Notes: generated by a model not told the origin, from the sequence alone. A stretch of 64,000 nt of DNA from an uncultured Phycisphaerales bacterium (GCA_963758525.1 CAVWVQ010000003.1:1536001-1600000); one strand, 5' to 3'; positions 51,989 through 63,157 are shown, counted from the stretch's first letter. Translations and numbers: made by a program.

Positions 51989-52612
51989 TCATGTGTTCCA
52001 GATTTCGCCGAGGCGCAGAACCAAACCGGGAAACAAAGAGGGCCGGACCTCTACTTCACCGTCACCTGCGGTATCGTCTTGATATGTGCCGTCGCGGAGA
52101 ACCAAACATTCCAATGTCTTCTTAAAAGGATCGAGCAGCCAGTAGTTAGGAACGCCGAACTCGGCATACCAGCGGCGTTTGGTCCGGTGATCGTGCTTCT
52201 CGTGGCCAGTGCTGACGCATTCGATGATGAGGGTCGGCGGGACGAGAATACGGGTGCGAGCGAGATCCTTACACCCCTCCGCCAAAGCGGCTTCGCGTTG
52301 CCGCTGCTTGTCGGCCGGCGTCAAAAAAGCGGCGTAGGCACGGGCAACACTATCCTCATCCACCACAATATCCACTTCTGTCGCGAAGCGACCAGCTTCT
52401 TCGCCGATATGAAGAACGACGCGAGAAATCAAAATCAGCAGCGTCTCGCCGCCGACAAAATATGCTGGAGGCATCGTGGTGAGGACTCCTTCGACGATCT
52501 CGAAACGTCCATTGAACCATTCTCGCTCGACTTGAGGATCGTCAAGGTCGCGGGCGGTCCACCCTGTGGTGCCGGGCGTAAACGGCCGGGATTCTGTCAG
52601 ACTCTCAGGCAT
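51989..52612 (-). CDS. Uma2 family endonuclease, copy 2
   Basis: 207 aa, colinear with and highly similar to 50201..50824. Confidence 0.88.
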   Translation of the reverse strand: MPESLTESRPFTPGTTGWTARDLDDPQVEREWFNGRFEIVEGVLTTMPPAYFVGGETLLILISRVVLHIGEEAGRFATEVDIVVDEDSVARAYAAFLTPADKQRQREAALAEGCKDLARTRILVPPTLIIECVSTGHEKHDHRTKRRWYAEFGVPNYWLLDPFKKTLECLVLRDGTYQDDTAGDGEVEVRPSLFPGLVLRLGEIWNT

Positions 52613-52619
52613 CGACGCA

Positions 52620-52625
52620 ATTATA
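52620..52625 (-). promoter_or_regulatory. -10 element (TATAAT) 7 nt before the Uma2 copy 2 ATG
   Basis: Minus strand TATAAT-TGCGTCG-ATG, with no Shine-Dalgarno sequence. Confidence 0.6.
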
Positions 52626-52657
52626 CCGGTCAGACGCCCCCGCTTGCGAGGGAAATT

Positions 52658-54077
52658 CTACTCCACCTTGCGCAATTGCAGCGTGTCGATCACTTTTTCG
52701 TGGGCGAGCGCGTTGGTGATGACCACCAGCCAGGTGCCGGGGCCGCACCAATCGCGGCGTTTGAGATACTCGATCGCATCGCGGATGGTGAGTTCCGGAT
52801 CGGCATTGAAGGGCATCAGGAACGGCTCGACGCCCCAGGGCAGCAGCAGTTGCCGGAAGATCACTTCGTCATCGGTGAACGCGTAGATCGGGACGCCCGC
52901 GGCGCGCAGGGCGGCCAGCGTGTAGGCGAGAAATCCGCTGCGGGTGAAGACAACGATCCCGGAATTGCCCAGCTCCTGGGCCAGCTTGGCGGCAGAGCGC
53001 AGCATCTTGGCCTTGGGCTCTTCGAGCTTGATCACTTCGTTGATCCCCCGCCGCTCCGACGGCTCGATGCTGCGAAGAATGTTCTTCATCACGTCGACGC
53101 ATTCGAGCGGATACATGCCGGTCGTCGTCTCGCCCGAGAGCATCACGGCATCCGCGCGCTCGCGCACGGCATTGGAGACATCGGAAATTTCGGCGCGCGT
53201 CGGCATCGGGGAGGAGATCATCGACTCGAGCAACTGGGTCGCAATGATGACCGGCTTCCCCTCGGCCAGGCAGACCTCCACCATCCGCATCTGCACCAGC
53301 GGCAAAATGTGATAGTCGATTTCGATTCCGAGATCGCCGCGCGCCACCATGATGGCGTCGGAAGCGCGCACGATCGATTCCAGGTTGCGCACGCCGGACT
53401 GATCCTCGATTTTTGAGATGATGCGCAGCTTTGGAACCCAGCGCGGTCAGCAGTTGCCGCAGGGCGACAACATCCTCGCTTCGCCGGACAAAGGAGAGGG
53501 CGAAAAAGTCGATCCCCATCTCGATGCCGACGCGGATGTCGTGCTCATCTTTTTCCGTGAGCGCGGGAAGGTTGATCTGCACGCCCGGGAGGTTGATATG
53601 CCGGCGCGAACCGAGCTTGCCGGGCGTGAGCAGCTTGCAGCGTACGCGCGTGGCGTCCTTCTCGACGACCTGCATGCGAATCATGCCGCTGTCGACCAGA
53701 ACAGTCGCGCCGATGCTGACATCCGCCGGCAGCCCCGGATAGTTGACACTGACGCCGCGCACGCCCTCGGAAGGCGTTAACGTATAAAACTCGAAGGCAT
53801 CGTCGATCTTGAGGTCGATCGGCTCGCGCACGACCCCGGTGCGGATCTCCGGACCCTTCACGTCCATCATCACTGCGACATGGCGCTGCACGTCGGCGGA
53901 GGCGGCGCGAATATTCCGCACCGTATCGCGAACCCAATCGGCAGAGCCGTGCGCCATGTTGAGGCGCAGCACGTCGACGCCGGCGTTGATGAGCTGATGA
54001 AGTTTCTCGCGGGTCTCGGTTGCCGGACCGATGGTGGCGATGATTTTGGTATGTCTGTAGTAGCCGCGCATAACCAT
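52658..54077 (-). CDS. pyk: pyruvate kinase (frameshift near 53425, probably a sequencing error)
   Basis: TKIIATIGPA, RLNMAHG, DVKGPEIRTG, INLPG, LSFVR / IMVARGDLG, ATQLLESM, PTRAEISDV, DAVMLSGET. Confidence 0.95.
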
Positions 54078-54145
54078 CCGTTTCGGGATGCGCGGGTTGG
54101 TTGGGCGGGAGTGTAGCAGGTGGGGCGGAAGTTTTCAGTACTCTC

Positions 54146-54940
54146 TCAACTCGGAATCGAGACATTGCGCTGCGGGCGTCTGCGCTTGAGTTCCGCGTCG
54201 TGCATGGCAATCCGCTTGATTTTTCGCTGGACGGGGCCTTGGAGAATCGCGGCGCTGGGGAGGCCTCGCTCCCGCGAATAATGGTTGAGCCAGGCCAGGC
54301 GCTGCGGGTCGGTGACCGGCAGGTTGCCGGTGCTGTAGAGAAACTGGGCGAGGTCTTTCACGATCCACCGGGCGCGCCGAAGAGCCCCGGAAGCCTGCGG
54401 ACGCGCGCGGTGTCAATGAGCCGCAGATCCAGATCGGCTTCGCTGTCGCCGCGCGAGCGGACGAAGAAGTGGCAGAGATACAGATCGCGGTGGTGCAGGC
54501 CGCGGGTGTGAAGCAGCGCAGCGAGTTTCGCCGTCGGCGCGAGCAGTCGGTCAAATGGGAATCCTGCTTCGAGCAGTTTGTCGGCCGGCGCGTAATCCGT
54601 GAGATTGTCGAAGATGATGAAGCTGCGATTGTCGGCGAGGGTTCCCCACCCGACCAGATCGGCGGTGGGGATTTGCTCCTGGACGACCATCTCGTGTGCC
54701 TTGACTTCGTCATGCACAGGAAGGGGGTACGGATTGCGCGGGGAATCGCTTGATGTGCCAGCGCGAAAGGTTGCCGTCGTCGTCTTCCAGATCGATGTAG
54801 CCGTTCTCGCGGTCCGCGAGTTTGCGCCAAACATGAATATTGGGGTGGTCGAAAATTGCGCGGGCGTCGAGCCCGGCGCGGCGTGCGAGCGGCTGAAAGC
54901 GCGGGGCAAGATGGAAGTGGTCCGAAGACGGATCAGCCAT
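54146..54940 (-). CDS. lipopolysaccharide kinase (WaaP/Kdo) family protein (two frameshifts, near 54725 and 54370)
   Basis: WRKLADREN..WHIKR / LHTRGLHHRDLYLCHF, LIDTARV / KDLAQF spread over three frames. Confidence 0.78.
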
Positions 54941-55112
54941 TACAAAATCTGCCGAAAGAAAAACCCTGGTGCACAAAGCGTAGCGTCCAACCGAATCTTC
55001 TCAACAAAACGAACGACCAAACGCCCATTCTGCCGTTGGCTTCGTGCCCGCGGCACCTATAATAGCCGAACACGCCAATGAACGAACTTTTGAATTTGGG
55101 AAAGGAATCGTC

Positions 55113-56167
55113 ATGTCTCTTCAATCTCTGATCGCAACCGGAACGAAGGTTTGGCTCGACTCGGTCGAGCCGCAACTGGTGACAAAGAACCGGGCGCTCG
55201 GCGCGACGGGCGCCACCTCCAATCCAATTATCGTGGCGGACATCGTGAAGGGCGGTCATTACGACGACCAGATCATCGAGCTGGTCGATCAGGGGTTGGA
55301 CGATGACGCGATCGCCTGGGAGTTGGACAACCGCCTGGTGAAGCAGGCTCAGGACGTGTTTCTGCCGGTGTGGGAGCAGACGCGGGGGAATGACGGATAC
55401 GTCAGTTTTGAGGTCGATCCTCTGTTGGAAGATGTCGTCAAGCCGGTGCCGCTCGGGCAGGCGGTGCAGCGGTATGTGGAACTGGGCAAGAAATGGTCGG
55501 CGGGCCATCGCAACCGGATGATCAAGGTTCCCGCGACTGCTGCCGGGCTGGCTGCTCTGGAAGACATGGCTGCTGCGGGAATCACCCTCAACGTCACACT
55601 GATTTTCTCCGAGCGGCAATATAAGCTCGCGCGCGACGCGGTGTGGCGCGGACGCAGCGCCGCAAAACGGGCCCGGGCGATCTGAAGAGCGTTTACAGCA
55701 TCTTCGTTTCCCGGGTAGACGTGTACACGGAGAAATACGTTCCTGAACTGTCGCCCGCCGCGCAGGGGCAGGTGGGCATCGTGAACGTGAAGCGTCTTTG
55801 GTGGCTCAATCAGGAGTTCTGGGCGGACAAGAAGCTTCGGCTGCAGCAGGAAATCGTCTTTGCCTCGACAGGGACCAAGAAGCCGAGCGATCCGCCCGAC
55901 AAGTACGTGGAAGCGCTGGCGGGCAGTGATATTCAAACCAACCCGCCGGCAACCAACGACGCGGTGGAAAAATTGAACAAGAAGTACACCCGCCAAGTCG
56001 ATAAGCTGCCGTCCGAGGCGGTGTTGCGCGAGATCGATGAGAAGGTGGACGTGGCGAAGCTGGAGCAAAAGCTGATGGAGGAAGGGACGGCGAAGTTCGC
56101 CGAGCCGCAGAAGGCGTTGCTGAAGCAGGTTGCCCAGAAGCGGGCATCGCTGGCGGGCGCGAAATGA
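55113..56167 (+). CDS. tal: transaldolase (frameshift near 55655, probably a sequencing error)
   Basis: [36 protein letters not shown] / [15 protein letters not shown]. Confidence 0.92.
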
Positions 56168-56170
56168 GCT

Positions 56171-56317
56171 GGTGATTGGTGATTGGAACATGACCGGGAG
56201 CAGCCGAGACGTGAAAACGTGACGGTACGGAACCAGCCGAAGCCTGGAAACGTGAAACGTGACCCGAGCGGTGGGGTTACGTTTCAGCGTCTTGTCACGT
56301 TCCAATCACCAATCACC
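56171..56317. repeat. GGTGATT/AACGTGA heptamer inverted-repeat element
   Basis: Arms 56171-56194 and 56294-56317 match at 23/24 as reverse complements, with internal AAACGTG units. Confidence 0.8.
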
Positions 56318-56635
56318 CGTTCGCGCGGCATCAGGCGCGCGACGGACCCTCACGAAGTCCGACCGATCACCGAGTTGTCGAGGTCCGGGTTTTTCTTTGA
56401 CTTCCGAAGGGTATCGCGATATTTTCGCTGTTTCCCGCATGCGAATTGGAGGCTTGTGCGGGTCTTGAGACGCACGAGTCTCTGCTGACTCTCTGACGAC
56501 TGGGCGCTGAGCTTGAGGTGTGTTGATTTGCGGCCCTCGCCGGAATGGCCCCACTTTAGACCCCGTTTCTAGCAGATGCCTTCACCGACGCCATTCCCGG
56601 CGCTGTCGGCGAGGCTCTGAGGAGTAACACCTTTG

Positions 56636-59600
56636 ATGCACGCGCGTCATCCGTCCCCAGTCTCGAAGCGCAAACCGTTCAAACCCTGCATTCTGGAGTT
56701 TCTCGAGCCTCGCCGGCTCCTGACGACTTTTCACGGAGGAGACACGTTCGAGTTTCTCGATGCGCAGGGGAATATCGAGCGGCTCAAGTTCTTTGGGAAC
56801 ATCACCGCCGAGGTGATCGGGGGCGCGGTTCAATTAGATAACACCCTCAAGCTGGTCAATCTGCCGGGAACCCTCAACGGCGCGCCGATCAACGGAGGTA
56901 TAGGCGGCGGCAGTGGATCGCAGTTGATCGGAAACTCATCGGTCAACGGCACCGCAACCGCCGTCAGCGCTTTGGCCGCCGATGCCACGGGAAATGTCTA
57001 TTACGTTACCGAAACGCCCACCACGGTCGCCGGGCCCACGGGCAATGTCACGCAGAATATCGTGCAAATTTCCATGGTTGATCCCACGACGGGGAACTCA
57101 GTTGTGGTCGCCGAGGTTTCGGCTCAGGCGGTCGCGGCGGCGGGCGGCAGGTTCGCGGGGACCAATCCGATGGTGACCGGCATCTCCGGCGCGGCATTCT
57201 CGCCGGTTGACGGCAAGCTCTATTTCGTCGCCACCGGCGGCACCAACAATACGCCGGTCCTCTTCAGCGTCGATGTCACGCAGCAAAGCTCCGCTGCCAT
57301 TGGCGCCACGCTGACTGCCGCGACCGGCTCGTTTGGATCGGCGCCGGGCACCGCTGCCAAGGTCGGAGCGATCGCGTTTGATTCCACCGGCACCAATTCC
57401 GCTACGCTGGTGGCAGCGATCAACACCGGCAAATCGCCGATGATTGTCACGATCGATCCCACCGACACCGACAACCTGGGCACTTCCATCACCCCCACGG
57501 TTGCCGGGAAAGACATTACCGCACCGATCACTGGCCTGGCGTTCTATCCCAACACCAGCGCTAATAACAACGTCACCGCGCTGACGAATTCCACCACGAA
57601 AAGCCAGGTGTTAAGCGTCAACCTTCCGACCGGCGCGGCGACAATTCTCGGCAATTTGCCCGCCAACGGACAGAAGCAAGGGCAGAATCCCGGAGACCTG
57701 ACCTACGATGCGGCGTTGACCGATCCATTCACCGGGCAACAGGGGGCTCTGCTGGGTACTGACACCGGAACCAAGACATTCTTCTACGTCGATCCGGCAA
57801 TCCGTAGCGGCACGGACAGCATTTTCACCATCTACGTCTCTCAGTCCGACTTCACCGGCGGAATTTCCATTGCCGAGGTTCCTCCGCTGGATGTCACTCC
57901 ACGTCCCATGGAGCCGTTCGCTGATACCATCGGCGAGTTGCGCGTGACTAATGCGCAGACCGGGCTTTTGAACGCTGTCGGCGCGCCTGGCGGCACGGGC
58001 GAAGCCTTTATCGGCGCACGCACCATTCAAATCGGCACGGTCCCCAATAACGACGAGCCCATTCTCACCGGGCAGGTGACGGCGCCATTTGGCGTCCTGC
58101 CGGCAAACATCACCACGCTGCACGCGGGGCTGATCGTGGCTGGCGGACAGAACCTCGGTAACTTCCTCCTGGGCGGGACGCTTACGGGCGAAGTGAATAT
58201 CGGCGGCGCGATCAACCAGTTTTACGCCGGTTGGCTGCTCACCGGCGACGCCAGCGGGGAAGGCGTCAACGAGGTTACCGATCCGCAGAATTTCAAGGTC
58301 GCCGGCAACATTGGAAAGCTGACTGTCCTGGGCGGTATCGGAAGCGACAACGATGGCGGCGTCGCGACCACACTCCCAACATACGATACCGGCTTTGACA
58401 TGTATGTCGGCGGGACGATCGGAGCGGTGCAGAGCTTCCAGTCGATCCTCGGCGCAATTAATGCCGCCAATCTCACCGGCGTTCCAGAAAACGGGGCCGA
58501 TCAGACTGAAACGGAGATTCGCGGCGGCTCCTTTGACAACGATGAATTGGCCGGCAACGCGGATTTCAACAATGACACCTATGCGACAGCGCAATATCTG
58601 AGCAACGGGTACAACGCCGCGGCCGGCACCGATGACTCGATCATCGTCGACGGCGTCGTGCAGGACGACACGGTCAACAACGATAAGGTTGACTACTACG
58701 CGGTTTCGCTGCTTGCCGGGCAGACAATTACCGTGCAGGTGGCTTCTACCGGGGCAACCACAACGGCCGCGAATACGACAAGTGCAGTGCAAACAGGCGT
58801 GTTTGACCCGGACGGGCGCGAAATAGCCTCCGACTACAACAGGCCCGACGATGCAGCCACGGCCGGCCAGCCGTTCCAGTTCACCACCGATCGCCCCGGT
58901 GTGTATCGCTTTGCGGTCGCGCCGAGTGGTGACTCGACATTCGCGGGCACGTCGGGCGTGCTTGGCGACTTGCCCTATACGCTCTCAATCAAGAATGTCG
59001 GCCATATGGCGATCGGCGCGGTTGTCGCCAGCAATGACATCTGCGATAACACCACCGGGACCGTCGCGGGGATCGGCGCTCTCTCGGATGACATAGGCGC
59101 GATCGTTGCCGGCAAGGCCTTCGTTTCCGCTACCGGAAACACCATCGCCGTCGAGAACGGAAGCCTTCGCTCCATCACCGCCGCCACGATGGGCACCGGA
59201 ACGGCGGGGACCGATCCTGAAATCACCGTGCCAAATGGGAATGTCGGACTGGTCGAGACCACATCGGGCGACATGTATTTCAACGCCGGCTTAATGACCC
59301 CCGCCATCGGGGGCGATTACGAGCTGGTCTCTTCTGCCGGAAATTTCGCCGGTGACATCATCGCCAATGGGAACATCGGAACTGTGCGCGTGCAGAACAT
59401 GAGCGACGCGCGCGGCGCCGCGTTCTCTGCCGACGACAATCATGCCAGCGATGACGGAAGCATTAATTTGATTGACGACGCCGGCGATCTGGGCAGCGCA
59501 GCCGTCGGTGGCCCGTCCATCAAGGTCGGCCCGAACGGATCGCTGAAGTATCTGCACGTGCTCGGAACGGTTTTCCGCAACAGCCTTTTCGGGCAGACGA

Positions 59601-61792
59601 TGGCGGTTTCTGGCAGCGGGCAGACGATTACGTACGATCCCGGCGAATCCGTGCCGTTCGTCGAAGCATCCGGCGCGACTGTCACGCTCATTCCCGTTGT
59701 CACCACAGCTGTTCCGGCCCCCGCGTTGACGATCACCACCTACGGTTTGGACGAAGGCGGCTCCGCGATTGTCAGCGTGGTCTCGACCGGCGGGCTCACG
59801 GTCCAAGCCACCGGCGACGTCACGAATCAAGCGATCGGCATCGGCTCGATCGATTTGCAGGGCGAAGGGAATACGGTCACGGCAGGTACTTCGATGCTGA
59901 CACAGCACTTTGCCGGCCTCAACACCGTCGAGATCAACAGTCCTCCCACGTTGCCGATCACCGTGTCCCCCCTTAGCCTGGTCTTCAGTGGAACCTCCCA
60001 GGTTTCCGCGTTTGATGTGATGGGTGGAAGTTTCGATCAGATCGCCAATAACACGCCTGGCGGCGAAATTGTCAACGTCACCGCCGGTTCGATCGGCTCG
60101 CTCAACGGCGGCGGCGCGATCGGCTCCAATATCTCTCACAACACCGCCGCCGCGCTGCTTCCGAACAAGGTCGTGCTTAATGCGTTCCCGTTTAATGGGC
60201 AGCGAACCGGCGTGGTGGTCAGCGGCAGCATCGTCAACGTGAACCTCGCCAGCGTCGGAAACATCAGCGCCGGCGGAGATATTGGAACGATCAACGGGAC
60301 GATCAAAGCCCCGGTCTTTGCGACCGGACAGATCAACAATGTCCTCATCGGTGGCGGAATCTATCCCAGCGGCTCGGGAGCGATGTCCAACGCCGGCATC
60401 TACGCCAACGGGGTAATCGGGAACGTTGTCGGAACCAACGCCGACATTCGCGGGAATATCGCCTCAAATACCGGCATTCAGAGCGTCAATCTTCAGAACG
60501 GATCGATCATTAACGCCAACATCGACGAGATTGAAACACTCTCCAATACCGAGAATATCTTTCAGTCTGGAGTAATCGCCACCGGAACCGGTGGAACTGT
60601 GACTCATCCGGTTCTCGCCATCGGCAGCATCGTCACGAATGGAACCGGCGGTATCATCGGATCGTTCATCGAATCCACAGGTTTGGGAGTCCTTTCTGCT
60701 CGCAATGGCTTTGGGATCCTCAACACAACCATTAGCGCGACGATCAACGATGATCTCGGGAGCATCTACGCTGACGGATACGGTATCCGCCAAGTTCTGT
60801 GGGAGGGCGGATATAACGCCAAATCAATCACCGCCAACGGCAACGGCAGTCTTGAAAGCACCGCAGTCTTCTCCGATCAGGTTCGCTACAGCGAACGTGT
60901 GCAGTTTGATCCGCTCTTCGGGTTCGAGCCCAATGCCGCAACCGATATCGACTCCTTCCTCGGCGCCTCCGCCACCAACCCCGTGATTCCAGGGGTCACC
61001 GATACCGGTGTCATCGAAGACTCCACCTTCCGCGGCGGCCACCAGCTCGGCAACGTGCGCGCGTGGTCGATCCGTTCCGCCACTCCCAACGTTGCGGGCG
61101 GCGTGACCACATTCAATTTCTCCAACGCGATCGGGAGCATCGTTACCACCGGCCCGGTCAATGGGCTGAACATCATCACCGGCAAGCTCGGCACCTTCTC
61201 GACCGGTGGCGATCTGATGCATACCACCCTGACCATAGCCGGGCGCATCAACAACTTCACGGTTCATGCCAACATCACCGACAGCTCTTCCATCATCGCG
61301 CATGGCAAAAATGGCAACATCGGAAAACTCACGGTCTTTGGCAACGTCGACGGCCTCATCGAAGCCGACGGCGGAAGAATCACGAATGTCACCGTGCACG
61401 GAAGCCTCACCGGAAAGGTCCAGACCAAGTTCATTCAGAACCTGACGCTGTATCAGAATCTCGGATCCGGCTCGCTGGAAATCACCGGCAGCGCCGGAAC
61501 ACTGCGATTCATTCAGGATCTGGGCCCGGCCGGCAATACCCTCACCGTGGACGGGAATGTCAGCACGCTCAGGGTCGGCAGCAACCTGACCGGCAACATC
61601 AACGTGCTGGGCAACCTCGGCAAACTCCAGGTTGGCGGAGCAATTGTCACCGGCTCGAAGACGACCGTTGGCAAGGTTCTGCAACTCCTGCAGGTCGGTT
61701 CCGACTTCCAGGCCGGAGCCATCGTCCAGGCCCATGCCGTCAAGAAGATCAAGGTTCGCGGAGTCAACGCGGGAAGCATTGTCATCGTGTGA
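56636..61792 (+). CDS. large LEPR-XLL extracellular protein with PPC-like domain and G/N/I-rich beta-solenoid-like C-terminus
   Basis: LEFLEPRRLLT; Thr/Gly/Asn-rich; DYYAVSLLAGQTITV...VFDPDG...GVYRFAV (PPC-like); repeated IGxIxxxG units; GAGGAG RBS. Confidence 0.85.
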   Translation: MHARHPSPVSKRKPFKPCILEFLEPRRLLTTFHGGDTFEFLDAQGNIERLKFFGNITAEVIGGAVQLDNTLKLVNLPGTLNGAPINGGIGGGSGSQLIGNSSVNGTATAVSALAADATGNVYYVTETPTTVAGPTGNVTQNIVQISMVDPTTGNSVVVAEVSAQAVAAAGGRFAGTNPMVTGISGAAFSPVDGKLYFVATGGTNNTPVLFSVDVTQQSSAAIGATLTAATGSFGSAPGTAAKVGAIAFDSTGTNSATLVAAINTGKSPMIVTIDPTDTDNLGTSITPTVAGKDITAPITGLAFYPNTSANNNVTALTNSTTKSQVLSVNLPTGAATILGNLPANGQKQGQNPGDLTYDAALTDPFTGQQGALLGTDTGTKTFFYVDPAIRSGTDSIFTIYVSQSDFTGGISIAEVPPLDVTPRPMEPFADTIGELRVTNAQTGLLNAVGAPGGTGEAFIGARTIQIGTVPNNDEPILTGQVTAPFGVLPANITTLHAGLIVAGGQNLGNFLLGGTLTGEVNIGGAINQFYAGWLLTGDASGEGVNEVTDPQNFKVAGNIGKLTVLGGIGSDNDGGVATTLPTYDTGFDMYVGGTIGAVQSFQSILGAINAANLTGVPENGADQTETEIRGGSFDNDELAGNADFNNDTYATAQYLSNGYNAAAGTDDSIIVDGVVQDDTVNNDKVDYYAVSLLAGQTITVQVASTGATTTAANTTSAVQTGVFDPDGREIASDYNRPDDAATAGQPFQFTTDRPGVYRFAVAPSGDSTFAGTSGVLGDLPYTLSIKNVGHMAIGAVVASNDICDNTTGTVAGIGALSDDIGAIVAGKAFVSATGNTIAVENGSLRSITAATMGTGTAGTDPEITVPNGNVGLVETTSGDMYFNAGLMTPAIGGDYELVSSAGNFAGDIIANGNIGTVRVQNMSDARGAAFSADDNHASDDGSINLIDDAGDLGSAAVGGPSIKVGPNGSLKYLHVLGTVFRNSLFGQTMAVSGSGQTITYDPGESVPFVEASGATVTLIPVVTTAVPAPALTITTYGLDEGGSAIVSVVSTGGLTVQATGDVTNQAIGIGSIDLQGEGNTVTAGTSMLTQHFAGLNTVEINSPPTLPITVSPLSLVFSGTSQVSAFDVMGGSFDQIANNTPGGEIVNVTAGSIGSLNGGGAIGSNISHNTAAALLPNKVVLNAFPFNGQRTGVVVSGSIVNVNLASVGNISAGGDIGTINGTIKAPVFATGQINNVLIGGGIYPSGSGAMSNAGIYANGVIGNVVGTNADIRGNIASNTGIQSVNLQNGSIINANIDEIETLSNTENIFQSGVIATGTGGTVTHPVLAIGSIVTNGTGGIIGSFIESTGLGVLSARNGFGILNTTISATINDDLGSIYADGYGIRQVLWEGGYNAKSITANGNGSLESTAVFSDQVRYSERVQFDPLFGFEPNAATDIDSFLGASATNPVIPGVTDTGVIEDSTFRGGHQLGNVRAWSIRSATPNVAGGVTTFNFSNAIGSIVTTGPVNGLNIITGKLGTFSTGGDLMHTTLTIAGRINNFTVHANITDSSSIIAHGKNGNIGKLTVFGNVDGLIEADGGRITNVTVHGSLTGKVQTKFIQNLTLYQNLGSGSLEITGSAGTLRFIQDLGPAGNTLTVDGNVSTLRVGSNLTGNINVLGNLGKLQVGGAIVTGSKTTVGKVLQLLQVGSDFQAGAIVQAHAVKKIKVRGVNAGSIVIV

Positions 61793-63147
61793 AGAAGCCA
61801 TTCATCCGGATATCCGCCCTGCTCGGTCTGCTTTTGTCGGTAAGCGTCGCCTCATCGCAGACTTTGCCTGCGACCAGGCCCACCTCGGCCGCGTCAGCAG
61901 CCGTGAGTACCATTGCGGCGACGTTGCCGTCGACCGCTCCCGCAACCTCGCCCACCACGGACCCTGTCGGCGCGGCGCTGATCGACGCACTCTCAAGCTC
62001 CGATCCGCGCGATCGGCGTCACGCCGCTGAAGAACTGCTCAAGCTCGGCGAGTCCGCCCGGCCGCTGCTGGAAGATCTCCTGAAGCGCACCAAGGACCTT
62101 GACGTCATCACCCGCGCCCGGGCAACGCTCGCGCTGCTGGATGAGAATCGCATGATCGGCGCTTCCTATGTCACGCTTCACTTGAAGGACGCCTCCGCCC
62201 GCGCGGCTTTCGAGGCATTGGGGCAGCAGGGGTTTGCGCCGCTGCGCGCTTTTCCCGACAACCTTCTCGACGATTCGGCGATTGCGAAAGTAACGATCGA
62301 CGTGGACCGCCAGCCATTTTGGACGGTCATGCGCCAGTTGACCGATCAGACCGGGCTGGATCTTCAGCCTTATGTTGACGGGGTGCGCCTGATGCGCGGA
62401 ATCGGACGACCCAGGGGAGTCGCGGTGGTGCGCGGGCCGTTTCTGATCGTGGCCAACCAGATTTCGCGAATGGATACGGTGCAGCTTGGACCAGGCGGCG
62501 GGCAGCATTCTGAATTTTCGCTGCAGATGACTGCCTTCCCCGAGCCCAAAATTGTCATCGTTCAGGGCGGCACCGTGCTGGAAATCAAAGAAGCGGTCGA
62601 CGACGCGGGCAACTCCCTGGCGACCGGGTCGGCGGATCGCCGGATCTTCGCAATGGGCTCCAGCGGCGCCTGGCAGATGTACGCCCGCCTGAATTGGCCG
62701 CAGCATCCCGGGAAGCGGATCGTGCGATTCGTCTGCGCGACGACCTTCACGCTGCAGACCAAGTCGCAGAAGCTGGAGATCGCGGACATTCTGACTGCGA
62801 AGGAAACGACGCAGACCCTCGGTTCGTCTCAGATCACCTTCAAAGGGATCTCAAAAAGTGGTGAGAATTGGGAAGTGAATCTTTCTTCGAGCAATCCGGT
62901 TCCATTTCAGGAGATGATGCAGAACCGCCTGCAGCTTCTCGATGCCGCCAATCGTCCCCTCGACCGCCGAGGAATGAGCGCCCAGGGTGACGGCAACCGC
63001 ATGACCTTCCGGCTCCTGTTCGGCCCGTCCCGCCGTCCCGACGGCGGACTGACCGGGGACCCCGCCCGCCTGGTCTGGGAAGTCCCCGTCGAAAGCAAAG
63101 CCGTGCCGGTGCAGTTTGAGTTCGACGATCTGCCGATGCCGAATTGA
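61789..63147 (+). CDS. secreted hypothetical protein with HEAT-like repeat
   Basis: GTG start overlaps the previous stop; signal peptide; ATRP/ATSP linker; LIDALSSSDPRDRRHAAEELLKLG; ends FEFDDLPMP. Confidence 0.78.
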   Translation: MKKPFIRISALLGLLLSVSVASSQTLPATRPTSAASAAVSTIAATLPSTAPATSPTTDPVGAALIDALSSSDPRDRRHAAEELLKLGESARPLLEDLLKRTKDLDVITRARATLALLDENRMIGASYVTLHLKDASARAAFEALGQQGFAPLRAFPDNLLDDSAIAKVTIDVDRQPFWTVMRQLTDQTGLDLQPYVDGVRLMRGIGRPRGVAVVRGPFLIVANQISRMDTVQLGPGGGQHSEFSLQMTAFPEPKIVIVQGGTVLEIKEAVDDAGNSLATGSADRRIFAMGSSGAWQMYARLNWPQHPGKRIVRFVCATTFTLQTKSQKLEIADILTAKETTQTLGSSQITFKGISKSGENWEVNLSSSNPVPFQEMMQNRLQLLDAANRPLDRRGMSAQGDGNRMTFRLLFGPSRRPDGGLTGDPARLVWEVPVESKAVPVQFEFDDLPMPN

Positions 63148-63157
63148 TCGCCGCGAC

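Noticed and set aside
3753..56167. Frameshifts in AKR2, larC, treS-mak, the AlbA_2 gene, murA, the CAP protein, asnB, pyk, the LPS kinase and tal, read as pseudogenes or programmed frameshifting
   Set aside because: They hit housekeeping genes such as murA, pyk and tal, look like single-base indels often in short G/C/T runs, and come without in-frame stops or other decay. Long-read indel error is the simplest explanation; polishing would settle it.
61063..61788. N-terminal 242 codons of the listed 694-aa ORF
   Set aside because: They overlap the large surface-protein gene out of frame. The signal peptide indicates the true start is the GTG at 61789.
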